A DNA stretch of 64,000 bases from Rhina ancylostomus (taxonomy: Eukaryota), in the NCBI GenBank assembly GCA_030265395.1, contig JARFYF010000036.1, positions 13,965,928 to 14,029,927 on the forward strand. Direction: 5' to 3'. Position numbers and translations under genes: made by a program. Within the stretch, counting starts at the first letter, position 1, and every line of letters starts with the position of its first letter. This document shows, piece after piece, positions 39,430 through 53,155 of this stretch. The notes below the pieces were generated by a model that was not told the DNA's origin, did no database searches, and saw nothing but the letters and a program-made list of their open reading frames with translations.

Positions 39430-39735
39430 AACCGTAGAATGATACAAGAAGAAAATAGGCCCTTTGGCTCACTGAATCTGCACTGACTTCCAAGCACCCA
39501 TTCACATTAACCCGACACTGATCCCATTTTTATCCTCCCGACTGTTCCATCGACTCCCTCCAGATTCAATCACTCAACTCTGGGATGTGGGTCAAACACA
39601 AAGCACCAAGGGGAGACCCATGTCGTCACGAGAAAAACATGCAAACTTTTCACAGATAGCAGCAGAGGTCAGGATTGAACCTGAGTCACTTGGAGTAGTG
39701 AGGCAGCAGCTCTACTAGCTGTGCTACGATGTCAT
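39430..39735 (-). mobile_element. V-SINE (HE1-like)
   Basis: Reverse V-domain 'catgcaaacttttcacagatagcagcagaggtcaggattgaacc...gtgaggcagc'. Confidence 0.7.
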
Positions 39736-40399
39736 CCAAATTTAAATAATTTTGAAATTTCTTTCCTTGCTTTTGTCCATCAATTTTTTGATGCCTCTTT
39801 TTTTATTTTTAATCTGTACTGAATTGTCAATGAATTCACTCAGTCTAATTGAGTTCCTTCTCAGAGCTTCTTATTTTTCATTACTGTGACCTCATTGGCG
39901 ATCTAAGGCAGATAATTTGCTTGCCTTGTTGTTCACAAAGTCACCCATTGCCCAACTTCCCAAAAGTGCAGCATTATAAGCTCACATCTACAGCAACACA
40001 AGCACACCTGATCTATCCAAGCAATCTATGAGATTCCTCTCCTCCAGAAATATTTAGGTAACTCTTTAAACTTTTCTTTATATTTCTGTCTCTTATATTA
40101 CCATTTCCTAGAGAGATCATGATTGATTTGTCATCTTGCAATTCATGACAGAGTAGAAACACTATTGCCCTAGATTTATCATGATATCATCTGCTTTAGT
40201 TCTGACACCCACAGAAAGTTCATGCCCTTGATTATTTTGATGCAAACCTAGTCAAGGTTAACCATTTTATCTCATCTAGGTTGTCAAGGCATTTAATTCA
40301 AGTATTAGCCATTTGTTAAAACTGGCCAACTGTAGACACAGAATGCATAAACTTAACTAATATTTACTTAAGTGCATTTGGTACCATTATTTTCTGGAA

Positions 40400-40690
40400 A
40401 GAACTGGTGAAATTCAGTGGCACCAGACGATGACTGACCTCAGATAACAAGGCTGTTTAATATGGGAGTAAGATGATCCCGTCACTGCATGAGATACACA
40501 CATACTTGCTTTCCAGAATTAGATCACTGAACAGTAATGGGGAGTGGCAACTTAGTTCTGGGAAATGTTTAAGCCAATATTGCTGGCCAAATTTTTATGT
40601 ACCTGAGATCAGTTAGCTCAATACAGACAGTGACAGTGGACCTGACGTTTTACCTGATCAGTATGATGAAGCACCACATTGCACTGAGCA
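40400..40690 (-). mobile_element. Ancient LF-SINE-like fragment
   Basis: 'ctgagatcagttagctcaatacagac...gacctgacgttttacctgatcagtatg' resembles a reversed LF-SINE-type head; recognised from memory. Confidence 0.35.
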
Positions 40691-42464
40691 AATATCCTGC
40701 GATCTTTATATTGACTTCCTTTTTAAACTTTTTATCCACCAAAACAACAACTGTATGTTTGCCACACCACCATTTTATAGTCTTGTAACCAGTTATGTTA
40801 TACAACAAAACTACCAAATGTATCTTGAAATATGACCAGTTTCTTCATCGCTCTGGGGAATATTATGAGGTTTAATTGCCTACCTCCTGTGGTTGGATCG
40901 GAAAATCTGCTAGTTATGCTTATTTACAAGTACGAAAAGTATCATCTCTTGCTGGCTTAACTAATAACTTATCAAAATGTCATTAACACCCGGCCAAGAA
41001 GAAATGGAAACAATTACTTGCCATATATTCATGCAAATGTTTACAAATAATCTTTTCTTTGTGCCATGTCCATTGTTAAGTGTACAGATTTACACTTGGA
41101 AAATAGGCATTACATGATGCTGTGTAGTTGCAACAACCTTGGTTGTAATTTAACTATGGCTACACTGATACAGCTGTTACCCAGCCTTGCTGTTTAATTT
41201 TGCTTCTGGTCTCTTTTTATTAAGCAGGAACAACATGTACATTGGATGCTGCATTTCAGCAATATTCTCTAAGCAATATCTTGGACAAATAAAACAGAAG
41301 CCCACTATATTGTGCGATGATTCCATTCCTCATTCTAAAACCCAATTTAAGTTTTAGCACTGTAGAGATTACATTCAGTTTGGGGTCATAATGACCAGAA
41401 CTGAATGTGATCCCCTGGGACACAGAGGGCTGCTCGAGGTCAGTTTCTACACTGGGATGCTTTAAATTACCTGCCCAATATATCCACTAAATTTTGATTT
41501 CCAGCTGCAATGAACAAGAGATTAGCATCAGGCATTTATTCAAGACCCAGACAACACTGAGGTCAAGCAGTGGGAGTTTTAACTCTGAAATCCAATTGAC
41601 TAGATAAGACTGTACTCTTGTACTTGACCACTTTCTGCAAAGCTGCCTCAAATGTAAGTTTACAACACAAATACACAGGGGCATAATTCTTATATTTAAG
41701 ATGTAACATTAGGAATGTACATATAATCAATTTTGCAAATGTTACATGACAGGAAATGCAAATAGTTTGGGAGCTACAAAAGAAATTCAGCACTAAGTCA
41801 GTTCAGTCAAGCTCTCCAGAGGTGAAAAGTTATGGCTGAGCACAGTCTGCTAACTGTATCAACAAATCCACAGGAATGACCTTACTTTCAAAACACATTC
41901 AAACTTATTATTCAAACTATGTTGTGGTTTGAAATCTTTAAAAAAAGCAGACAGAATTCTCTCAGCAGCTTCATATGTTTGGAATATTGCAACACACTGA
42001 AAAACTTCAACTCATTTTGCAAAGCACAGGACCTATAAGGACTACAATGTCAGTGCGCTTTGGAATATAAGTATTAATTAATTGAAGTGCTACTTCAAAC
42101 GTGGATAGGGGTCTCACTGGATAACCCTTCAAAGCTCTCCACTTATAATAAATCCATATTAATCCAGTGTTGGGAATATTTGAGGACAGGTATTTATCAG
42201 ACAAAAATATTTAATTTGGATCACCCCACTCTTCCACCTTAAACCCGGCCAAATTAATTGCATAAACATAGAGCCGGAGTTCTGGCTTGTGTGCATCAAG
42301 TTGGAAGATGACTTGCATTTATATAGTTCCTTCAGCAAGGTGAAGGCATTCCAATGTGCTTCATATTTTTCTATTTGCCCCAATCATTATTTTATTCAGT
42401 TCAAAATTTAACAGTATACATATCTTATTGGAACTGTGAATTGCTTTTAATAATAATTTTCTCT

Positions 42465-42975
42465 AATTTCTCTCAGCTGCGCAGCTGTTCATTTTCAATC
42501 AACTTTAAGGATTGAGGATCTTTTTACAGTCATAAAATTTTACAGCACAGAAACAGGCCTTTTGGCCCATCATGTCTATGCTGACCTTTTTGCCCATCTA
42601 CACTAATCCCATTTACCTGCATTAGGGCAGTATCCTTCCATGCTTTGCCTATTTATGCACTTAAATATCTTTTAAATGTAGTGATTGTATCTGATTCTAC
42701 CATCTCCTCTGGCAGTGACTTCCAGATATCAACAATTCTCTATGTAAATAAAATCCCTCATATTCCCTTTAAAACTCCTTCTTTTCACCTTAAACCCTAT
42801 TGTATTTGATACACCTCCCATAGAAAAAAGATTCTGACTATCTACCTTATCTACACCTCCAATAATATTATTTATCTCAATCATGTTAACCCCCACCTCC
42901 TCTGTTCAGGGAAAAAAAGCCAAGCCTGTCCGATCGCTCCACATCACTAAAGTCCTCCAATGAAGGCAACATCCT
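42465..42975 (-). mobile_element. CR1 LINE 3' fragment
   Basis: 'tacagcacagaaacaggccttttggccc...ctaatcccatttacctgca' CR1 3' end in reverse. Confidence 0.75.
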
Positions 42976-43357
42976 CATTTTGAGTACTTTTTTTTTTGCT
43001 GTGCAGAGTGATCCTCTCAATGTGAATCTGAGTTTCTGCTTCATTTTCTAGTCATTTCTCCTGGGCTATTTCCTGGGTTATTAATATTTCTCTCATCTGG
43101 TATCATTGTGCTGGAGTTAGCTTGTCCTCTTTAGACCAGTTGACATGTTCTTTCCCAAGTATTTTATCACCACCTCCCTACATACACAGCCATTGAATTT
43201 CAAGAAAGAGGTACCAAATTAAGAAGAACTGTGTTTGTTGCAGTCATCGTTCATATATGATTTTCTTTAATTGGACTATCTTCCATACAGCAGGTATTAT
43301 GGCTGGTACCATTGACATAGAAAGCCTTGTTATTGCTGAGATAGGTGGAATACTCAC

Positions 43358-43451
43358 CAGCCAGTTGAAAATTCAGTCTTAAATTTTTTTTAAACTTTCT
43401 TGTTTCAGACCTGCTTTCAGCTGATCCATTAGAATAAAGGGTAACATGAAA
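43358..43451 (-). pseudogene. 94-nt exon: FHVTLYSNGSAESRSETRKFKKNLRLNFQLA
   Basis: tttccttgtcag acceptor, consensus donor CTG|gtgagt, open, phase-1 end compatible with 20538; may start further upstream at 43497. Confidence 0.6.
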
Positions 43452-45479
43452 CTGACAAGGAAATATGTCAAATATCCTGGAATTTACAGTGCCCAAACTA
43501 GGTAATGATAGTTTCAGACAGCATTTTACAGTCTAGTTTTTCAGTATTCTGCAGTAGACATTACTAGACTTTTTATTTTCCTGAGCAGTAACTATGATTA
43601 CATTTTAAATCATAACTTCTGAACCATCTTAGTCATTTGTCTTTGATTTGACTGCCCAGCCTCAAATATGCATTTATAGCAATTAATAAGGTTGCTATGT
43701 AGACAAAGATGTTTAGATATATCTGTCAGACTTTAGATCTCATACTCTCTATAAATAAGATTAAGAAAGACAGCTACTTCCTGCTGTTATCTCATCCTTC
43801 GAAATGATCTGACCTCTCCCCCAAGGACAGGGTCCAAGAAGTGGTCGACCTAAAGAATTTCTAATTGCCTTCANNNNNNNNNNTCTCATGTTGTGCCTAT
43901 TTAGACCCAACTTTCTTTTGAAGTGATGGCTATAAAGGGATTATCCAGGCCCATGGCCAAACACTTTGACTCTACTGCAGACCCTGGCTACCAATGAGCA
44001 ATTTCACAAAGGATCAGCCAATATATCATTCTTTTCAATTTGATCCACTTTCCTGTTTCATATACTTCTTTGTTATTGCTTTGAGTTCAAGTTGAAAAGC
44101 TAATAAACCTTACTTTTTTATACAAATCTCAATAAATTCAAAACAGTGATTTATACAGCAGATTGAGTAAAGGGGAACGTGTTGATAATTTGCAAATTCT
44201 TTGATAAAAATGCAGAATGAAAAGTGTCATTTGGTCCTAATGTCATCAGAATATAAGTTCCACATGATAAATTCCAAATGGCCTACATTAAAGGAATTCA
44301 TATATGATATGAAGAATCGCTATCACTACAGTTTGGTCAAAAGCATTGAACTGGATGCAGCAATGTCACTTTTATCCAGGTGCCAGTGTCAAAGTAGGAG
44401 CCCTTTCAGATTTGTTATCCTGAAATTTCTGGTGCGGTACATTTGATCTAACATTTTTCCTAACAAAAAGGGAGACAATCATTTCTTAGCTTAACTAACA
44501 ACAAGCAAACAAAATCACTTATATGTAGCTCTGACTCACACAGTTTCTAACACTACAAGTTCACTAGCCATCTGTTAATTAAAGAAAAGGCTTTTCTTTT
44601 GCTTATTATTATGTTTATCTTGGAATCAATAAAAAAGAAACAAAATATTTAGTTGTTAACAATTTAAGCAGGTCCAAAACATATTCACAGTTCTTTTTTT
44701 TTATTTGGGTTCTTCACAGAGCTTAATAAATGAGAAGTATTAAGTAATTTTTATTTATTTTACTTCCATTATATTATATATAATGTAATAATATAACTCT
44801 ACTTTTGATCTTTAAATGCAGTGACTGAAATGTAGATAAGAATAAGAGTACTTTTACTGCTCCCAAGAACAGATTACCTTTTAATAACAAATAATCATGA
44901 CTTAAACTTGTTTGGAAAAGTGAGTTGTATTTGTTTCTCTCAGACTTGGAACTCAAATTTTGATCCACATCAATGGGTTGTTTGTTACGTTTGAACAATT
45001 TAACTTTATTCATGATTTATAAATGTGATAATTGAAATTGCCCTGTTTGACATTAGTAGCAAATCATTCATCAGTGTTATTTCAAATTAGTCAATTTGTT
45101 TTGTAATATCTGTAATATTAGATGAGTACCCCTTGAATTGTATCAACTGACAAACTGTTCTCTAAATGTTTCTCCAAATGTTTCACAAAGTGGCTTCCAG
45201 AAGCTGCCTGGCTCTGCAGAGAAAAGTCACTATAAGATATACAACACTGTACATTATATCCTTTTCTATAAATAAAGTACCTCTGTCTGTCAGGTTATGT
45301 TATCAGTATTTCTTCCATATCTAATAATCTGAATGAGAAAAGATATTGAGAAAATTTAAAGAGTTAAATTGTGAAGACAGTTTGAATGACAAAACCTTGT
45401 GATATCTTAATGTGGACATCTGGGCTATGACTTAATCAAGATGTTTAACTTGGTAAATGTTTTGAATATAGTTAGTTGA

Positions 45480-45845
45480 GGATAAACTTGCCTCTAGTAC
45501 ACAGATCCAGAACATGGTTCTCAGAAAATAAAATCGAGTAGCACCAGCTGTTTGGGCACTACAGATGTTGACTTCACTTAAATTTTATACATCATGTCTT
45601 TGGAACCATTCAAGGAAAAATCAAGGCGTCACTTTTCACATCAAGGAATAGGGATCTAGAATTCTTTTCCCCAAAACTCTGTGATTGTTGGGTAACTTGA
45701 AAATGACTGTGATCATTAAACTTTGGTTAGCTAGATTATCAAGGGATGTGCAGTAAAAACATGTAAATGGAGCTGAAGTACAGATCAACTACCTTGTGGC
45801 TGAATATCGAACCATTTCACATAACTGAATGGCTTACTCCTGTCT
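45480..45845 (+). mobile_element. Old CR1 3' fragment
   Basis: Degenerate CR1 ORF2 end/3' UTR ('gaatggcttactcctg'). Confidence 0.5.
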
Positions 45846-48800
45846 GTGCAAGAATAACCATTTAAATGGCAATTGCAAAGTGAGCTACTTATCTTACTAA
45901 ATTAAGTACATTGCAATTTGTTTTATTGACATTTGAGTTAAAATTCAAATTATTTATCAAATAATTTAGAACTAGGTTTTCTTCTTTTTATCTGTAAATG
46001 CCAGGAATGAAAAAAAAGCAAGGAATATGGAATTATTTTATGTTTTTTAAAGAATAATGACTGCCTCCAGCACGTTCTCAGAAACGCAAAATACACATTT
46101 CACTGTGTGTTTCGAGGTACATGTGACTAATAAATAAATGTCCTACGTCACCTTTCTTATAATGAGTATCACCTTCAAGACAATGCTAATGTCATTAAAT
46201 TGCATTTCAAAACACCAGTTTTAATGCTTTTAATTCAAAGATTCGAAGCAGACTTTGGTCTAAGCTTATGGAAGGATTGAATATAACTGTATAAACTTGA
46301 TTTTACATGAAATAATTTAATTACACTATGCGAGTTGAGTCTGGATAGCAGCTGCAAAAAAAAATATATTCCACTATCAAAAATTCCAATGCTTTACATA
46401 ATGGCAAAAAGGAAAAAAGATCGGAAGCATGAAAATCAGAAATCCACAAAAGCTAGAAAGGAATGTTGGTCAAAATGTTGGGTGTAAGTTTGAATCCAAA
46501 GCAGCTCAATATGTTGGCTCTGGTCTTCTCTTTTACACAAAAATGTTAGAAGGGTGCATGTTTTCAATCAAAATTATTAAGACAGTTTGGCTCCTGCATT
46601 ATTTTTAATTACCTTGAAGTAAGATATTTTGCTAGTACTTTCATTTAATTCTAAAAGGCTTCAAATGAAGTAGAGGCAGTTTCTTTGTTAACTTTGCCCC
46701 ATCTCTTCTGCAATAATACACTTCCCCTTCATTAAGGCAATGTCCGATGTGCTACATTCTCTAATATTCCATACATTGTTTATGGCTCCCTGATTAATAA
46801 GGGAAGTATACAAAACATCCTCATTATAATGCCAGCTTCAATACAACATGTTTTTATATGGCTCCCAAAGGAAGCATTATATCGAGGGGTTGCTGTATTA
46901 TTCATTAACTGTTTAGTTATTCATGTTTCTTTTTTAAAAAGTGCTTTCATAAAATTATTTGTTACTAACATTTTTGACTTCATGGATGGCCACACTAGTA
47001 CAGTGAAATTATTATTGCAAGGAAACAGATCTTAAAAACATTGTTGAAACAGGAAATTAACTTGCTAGCAATACTGGCTGAAAAGGATTTGTATGTTGTT
47101 GAATTGCTATAGTCATAGAGCTTTGAAATCACACCAGACAGCCACAATATGAATTCTAGTCTGCCTGCACGTGAAGTTTTCAACCCCAGATAGGTTTCAT
47201 TGATGTTAAACCAAGCAAGTGGAATTCAGATGAATTAGGAAGAAAAGTGAATGAAAACCAGCATCACTAGCCTCACCTTAGAAAACAACTTACTAGAGAA
47301 TCATTGCACAAAATTTTCATTGGTATAATTCTCTTTGGCTACCAGTATTTTCAAAAATGAGTATAAAGAGCAGACAGACCTTAATCAGATGTCACAATTA
47401 ATACCTGATATAAAACACCATCATCATCATTCCTAATGTGTGAAATACTATTTCATTGCTTTGAAGTGAAGATAATTTTAAGGCCCATTTTAAAACAGAA
47501 TTGAAATTTGCTTTTTAAATAAATTGAAAAAATGAAGTAATAATTAAGGACATTATTGACGACTGAAAGTTTGATTTGGTAGCTGGTGGAATTTCAGACC
47601 TGAAAATAACTCAGTTGATACATCTGTTCTTCTGCCATTGCAATAGCACAGAATCAAGCTTCAGCCAAGAATCACAAAAGAACAGTTAAAAATGCATGTT
47701 ATTAGTATTTTAATGAATGGTACCTGAAGTACTGGGAGAGGGAGAATTTGGTCTCCTGAAGTTAATATTAGAGGGAAGATGCAACACCATTCTAGAACAT
47801 GTAGCTTTCTTTCACTTGGGCAAAAATATTTATTTTACTGGGATTTTCTGGATGTCACTTGCTTATTCATATTTATTGTTAATCAGATTCAAAATTCCAT
47901 AAATTGCCATTCTGGATAGTAATCAAATATTACAATTCTTCTGCCACCATGAGATGGTGTCAGGTTGAGACACTCAACTTTGAGATCAGATGTGTTGCTG
48001 AAATAGCTATCGAGCTTTTCTCCTAAGTCTTTGCTACTTTGCATAGTGCTTGAGGACACCCATTCTCGCTCCCAAAATCAATATTGCTTTGGATCATTTT
48101 TTCTGTTATGACTGATGGTTTGACTGAGTGAAAGCAAGCAAATACAAAACTAAATTTGTGAAGTGATAATTGCTTGTCTATAGAACGAGCTCCATTACTT
48201 GAATTCTTTTTGAATTTTTGTAGAAAATAAAGCAACAGATTTGTTGTCAATTTAACTGACCCCCTGAAGCTGCTAAAATTTAATTGGTGATAAAACAATT
48301 AGCAGGAACTACGCAGTAGCATACATCAATTAGCATCAGTACAGAATTTCTTGGATTGTAATATGATGCTTATTTAGACACTGATGCCTATTTTAAATTT
48401 CAAGCAAATTGTTAAAGGTTGCCAGAGAAACATGGAAATTCTGAAATCAACACAAATGTCTTTTTCTAACTGCTTTGGCTCCTGGTGTTTCATGCAAATC
48501 AAAGCCTGAGCTCAACCAGTTATGACACCAAACTGACAACGAAATTCCATTTCAAGAAGAATTTTCAGATTGGTCTGTAAAAGAAACAGCCAGGTGGAGA
48601 TTTCTGGTTCCAAGTTGCATTTACATACGATGCTGATTTAAATATATAGTAGCACCCTTCTGGCATAATTTCAAGTTTTTTACAAAGTTATTTTTTTCTT
48701 TCAGTGGTTTCATAGTAGTTCCCAAAAGCAGATGTCTCCTACTAATTAGAAGTAATATGTTTTTTCAGTAATCTTCCCTCACTGAGTGGTGGGTCCTGAG

Positions 48801-48899
48801 AGCTAGCAATTATTTTATTTGCAGTAATCTGTTTACACATCCTTGTGCCACTTCAAACTCAAACCATGTTTTACTGCTACCATTCTGACAACAAGTTAC

Positions 48900-49140
48900 A
48901 AACACACAGGAATGGAAGCAGGGTAGGTTATATAGCCCTTCAAGTGTGCCACACAGTTAAGTATAATCTGCCCCGTGCCTCAATTATTGTGCCAGTTCCA
49001 CATAGCCCCCAATTCCTTAATCTTTCGAAAATGTATATACCTCCTTCCAAATACCTCCAATGACCCAGCCTCCGCAACACTTTAGGGTAGAGAATTCTAG
49101 AGATACACCATACTCTGAGAGTAGTAATTCCATTTATACA
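48900..49140 (-). mobile_element. Old CR1 3' fragment
   Basis: 'aatgacccagcctccgcaacactttagggtagagaattc' CR1 pattern in reverse. Confidence 0.55.
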
Positions 49141-49278
49141 GCACTTTTAATGCTGCAAAACACATCAATTGATTTCGCTGTATGGAATCAGAATAGAGCA
49201 GATGAAGGAAAGGACTGAAGTTGGTATTTGCCTGTAATATGTTGTCCATCCCAATCATTGTTTCCTACTTGCAGTTGT

Positions 49279-49326
49279 GTGGTTGCCAGCTCTTACTAGG
49301 TGTTGTTAGTAGGAGCTGGCAACCAC
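49279..49326. repeat. 20-bp inverted repeat hairpin
   Basis: GTGGTTGCCAGCTCTTACTA-ggtgttgt-TAGTAGGAGCTGGCAACCAC, one T/G mismatch. Confidence 0.9.
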
Positions 49327-49560
49327 CTATGTTAACTAGTAGTCAGAGATGACTTATTTAACTCTTGAAATATCATTGCCACATCAGAAGTGCAAAATGT
49401 GTTACAACACTCCTTGCAAGAAAGCTGTAAACATATTCAAGTAACTACCAGTTGGTCTTTTCCTTAATATTGTATCAAAGAATCATTACAGATGTATGCC
49501 TAGAAATGATTTAGTACTGAAAAACCAACACAGCATGGATTGCCCACTTTCAGTTTACAC

Positions 49561-49860
49561 TAAGAAACAATCTGCTGGAGGAACAGTGGGATAAGTAGCA
49601 TCTGTGGTAGGAAAGGAATTATCAACATTTCCGGTTGAAACCCTGCATCAGGACTCAGATGCCAGGACACCATTCCTGATGCAGGGTTTCAACCCGAAAT
49701 ATCGGCAATTCCTTTCCTCCCACAGGTGCTGCTCGACCTGCTGAGTTCCTCCAGCAAATAACCACTTATGATAATAAGATAAATAAAAGGAAAAATGTTA
49801 GAATGTTAGAAGTAAAAATGTTAAACCCCAAACATTCACCCCCAAAACTAACTAAACGTG

Positions 49861-49905
<45 letters not shown>

Positions 49906-50128
49906 NNNNNNNNNNNNNNNNNNNNNNNNNNNNNNNNNNNNNNNNNNNNNNNNNNNNNNNNNNNNNNNNNNNNNNNNNNNNNNNNNNNNNNNNNNNNNNN
50001 NNNNNCACACACACAATCTTAAAGGAACCTCACTAATTGTAACCTAGTCCGTAACACTTAGTGTAAACTGAAAGTGGTCAGATTGTTAGTTGCCCCAGAT
50101 TCCAGCATCTGCAGTCTCTTGTGTCTTT
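49561..50128. mobile_element. Palindromic Penelope-derived element with an internal insertion
   Basis: Inverted arms at 49570-49757; resumes at 50079; flanked by AGTTTACAC direct repeats (49552-49560 and 50129-50137). Confidence 0.7.
49863..50015. repeat. (TG)n and (CA)n microsatellite flanking an N gap
   Basis: Seen directly in the sequence. Confidence 0.95.
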
Positions 50129-51039
50129 AGTTTACACCAGGCAGCCAGCAACAATATCTTAACATATGAGGCCCAAGTCACACAAAAAAAAGTCTTTCCT
50201 TTGCTACCTCCACCCTTGAAATCAGATTGGGTGTTGCCTGGGTCTGGGCCCAAATGGCATCAGCAATAAGGAGAGATGTTGGGATGAACACTATGAAACA
50301 TTATTAAAGCAGCCTTACCCGGGAGAAGATCCACATCTTGGGGTCTTGGATAAAGTTGATTCCCTCTAGCAAAAGAAGAAGCTGACCTGAACTTTGCTGC
50401 TATAGCCAGGGTCCCAAGTCATTTGCAGGTCTTAAGTGGGATGCACAAAAAAACTGCATGAGATATCAAAATGGGTGTTTGAAACTGCTGCAGATGTTGA
50501 GTGGCCTCTGGAGGATCCAAAATAAATTTACGAAACTGTGCAACCCACACATATCAAAACCCAGCTGCAATTAATGATCGGCTGTTTGATTAAATTCCTC
50601 CCACGGCAGACAAAAATGCTGCAGTATGTAAAAAAACAATCAGGATCTTAGTTTTATGATTTAAAACAAGAAAAATGTCTCATCCAACACAAAGAGAATT
50701 TGGAAGTAATCAAGAAAATGGGAACAAGATGGATAAAGACCTAGGCATTTATATTTTAGAAGTGTATTTTAACCACCTGGAGAGCCAGCAAGACTCACCT
50801 CCATAGATAGGACTCCATTGGGATGTTTCTGTACAAACAACTTTGTTGGCTCAGGGTATAAGCAATAAAAGTTTAATAATTAACTTCTTAAGAATGCCAG
50901 GTTTAATGTCAATTCAGATGTAAGCAACTGATCCCAGTGAACCTTTCTGATTTAGATGTGAAAAACTCAATCATCTTTATTGAAAATAAAAAATAAAGTT
51001 TTCAAACTTTATGAATTTTTCCTGTATAATTTGAGTCAA

Positions 51040-51600
51040 GTAAAAGCATTGGTGAGAACACACCTGGAATATTGTGTGCACTTCAGGTCGCCACACTATA
51101 GGAAGGATCTGATTCAGCCAGAGAGGGTTCAGAAAAGATTCACAAGGATGTTGCCAGGACTGGAGGGCTCCACTTCTGAGGAGAGACTGGACAGGCTAAG
51201 ACCGTATTTCCTGGTACAAAGCAAGGGTGACCTCACAGAGGTTTATAAAATCATGAGGGACATAGATAAGGTGGATGATCACAGTCTTTTTTTCCAGGGT
51301 ATGGAAGTCTAAAACTAGAGGACATAGGTTTAAGGTGAGAAGGTAAAGATTTAAGTGGGCCCTGAGGGACAAGTTTTCCACACAGAGAGTGGGGGGTATA
51401 GAGAATGAGTTGCCAGACGAAGTGGTAGAGGTGGGTACAATTGCAAAGTTTAAAAGACATTTAGACAGGTACATGAATAGGACATGTTAAGAGGGAATAT
51501 GGGCCAAATGCAGGCAAATGGGGCCAGCTCAGGAATGCACCTTGGTCAGTACGGACAAGTTGGACAGAAGGGCCTGTTTCCATGCTCGAAAACTCTATGA
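51040..51600 (+). mobile_element. CR1 LINE 3' fragment
   Basis: KALVRTHLEYCVHFRSPHYRKDLIQPERVQKRFTRMLPGL...GDLTEVYKIMR, with 3' UTR. Confidence 0.9.
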
Positions 51601-52999
51601 ATAAACTGTACTTGCTGGAATTAAACAACTTTAATGAAATATTGCAAATATAAATTTATAATTAGGTAAGTAAACTGTGCTTGCAGTTGGATAATTGTTT
51701 CAAAAAATCAATAACACAGTAATGATGACTAAAATAATTAAATTATACACCTGAAGGTATCTGTTAATGTTGATAAAAGGTAATTAAATGTTGAAGATCA
51801 TATTTAAAAAGGAAAACACCTTTAATAAATTATTAATCAAAATAAAGATCATGTTGGTATCATAGTGGTTAAAATGACACAGAATTGTTCCACCTGTTGA
51901 GGATGGAATCTGAACGTCTGAGGTATCAGACAGCAATATTCTATTCAATTGTCCCTTCAAACAGATTTCAATCCAAAAATGGAAACAACATAATTATTAA
52001 CTTACATGGACCTTATCTGCAGGTACCTGTAGCTTTCTCTGATATCCAGTGCTCTGCCACATTTATTTACAAATGTTTACAAAAAGTTTAATTTGAGAAA
52101 ATAATTTATATGCTCATAGCTGGTAGTTAAACTTGTCAGAGATCTACTACTTTCAGCATTTTTCAATCAACCAAATTGTTGACACTTTCATCATATTTTC
52201 TTTCTAATTTTGTGTACTCTGAGACGATTTTACACAAGATTTGTGACAACATGAAGTTGATTCTGTATCAAGAAATATACCTAACTAGTGCAATAAAATA
52301 AATTTCTACTATGGGTAATGATCTGCCTAAAAAAATCTTTCAAACTTCTTCAAATTGCAGTACATAAACATATATGCATCAAACACCAACAAATTGAACA
52401 AAGTCAAAAATAAACCCAACACTTAACAGCAAACACTAATTTGAACCACGTTTAAAATAAATCATTCCAAAGAATTATTGTAATCTCATTTTTGTATTTT
52501 TTTACATGTTTGTGTTTACTGGTGAGTGATGCTGAAAACATTGAGAACTGATTCCTAGAACCTGCAATGGAAACTATATCTTATAACCAGAGATGCAATG
52601 ATCAACTCAGGACTACTTAACACAAGATGTTAGGTGCTAATCCAGCTCACTGGTACTGTTGTGCTCAGTAACTGTTCTCAGCCAGAACCTTGCTAATGTC
52701 TTGCATGCATTTCATTAAAGTTAACAACCATGGACACAAAAAAGGGAAAGACGTTAAAAGTTAATTAAAATGCTGTCTTATATTTGATTTTTACACTAGA
52801 TGCTGATGCTGAAGCTGCTTAGAGCTGGCATTTGAATGTTGCATTAAAAAATTTACAAGCTCCTCTGATAACTTAATGTGACACTGAGTGATATTGCCCA
52901 CAAAATTCCCAACTCTGGATTGTGCTGCTGTGGTCAATTTTAGCTATGGTATCAGTTCAGACACAAAAACTGATGTTAATATATCTGGGCTAGAAAGAG

Positions 53000-53155
53000 G
53001 TTAAAAAAATGTAGCAGGGGTTCCTCCAGATCACTGGTCCTGCTAAATACGTAGAACTGGGTCAGTTTAAGGCATAGATATAGTACAGGCAGATGAAAAA
53101 TAGTCTCCGCATCGAGGCATCCAAGAAATCACTGGTTCTTATGAGTTTCCATCTT
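53000..53155 (-). pseudogene. Possible decayed exon (DGNS*EPVISWMPRCGDYFSS...TDPVLRI*QD)
   Basis: Strong pyrimidine tract and ttcag acceptor; stops in all frames; donor unclear. Confidence 0.35.
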
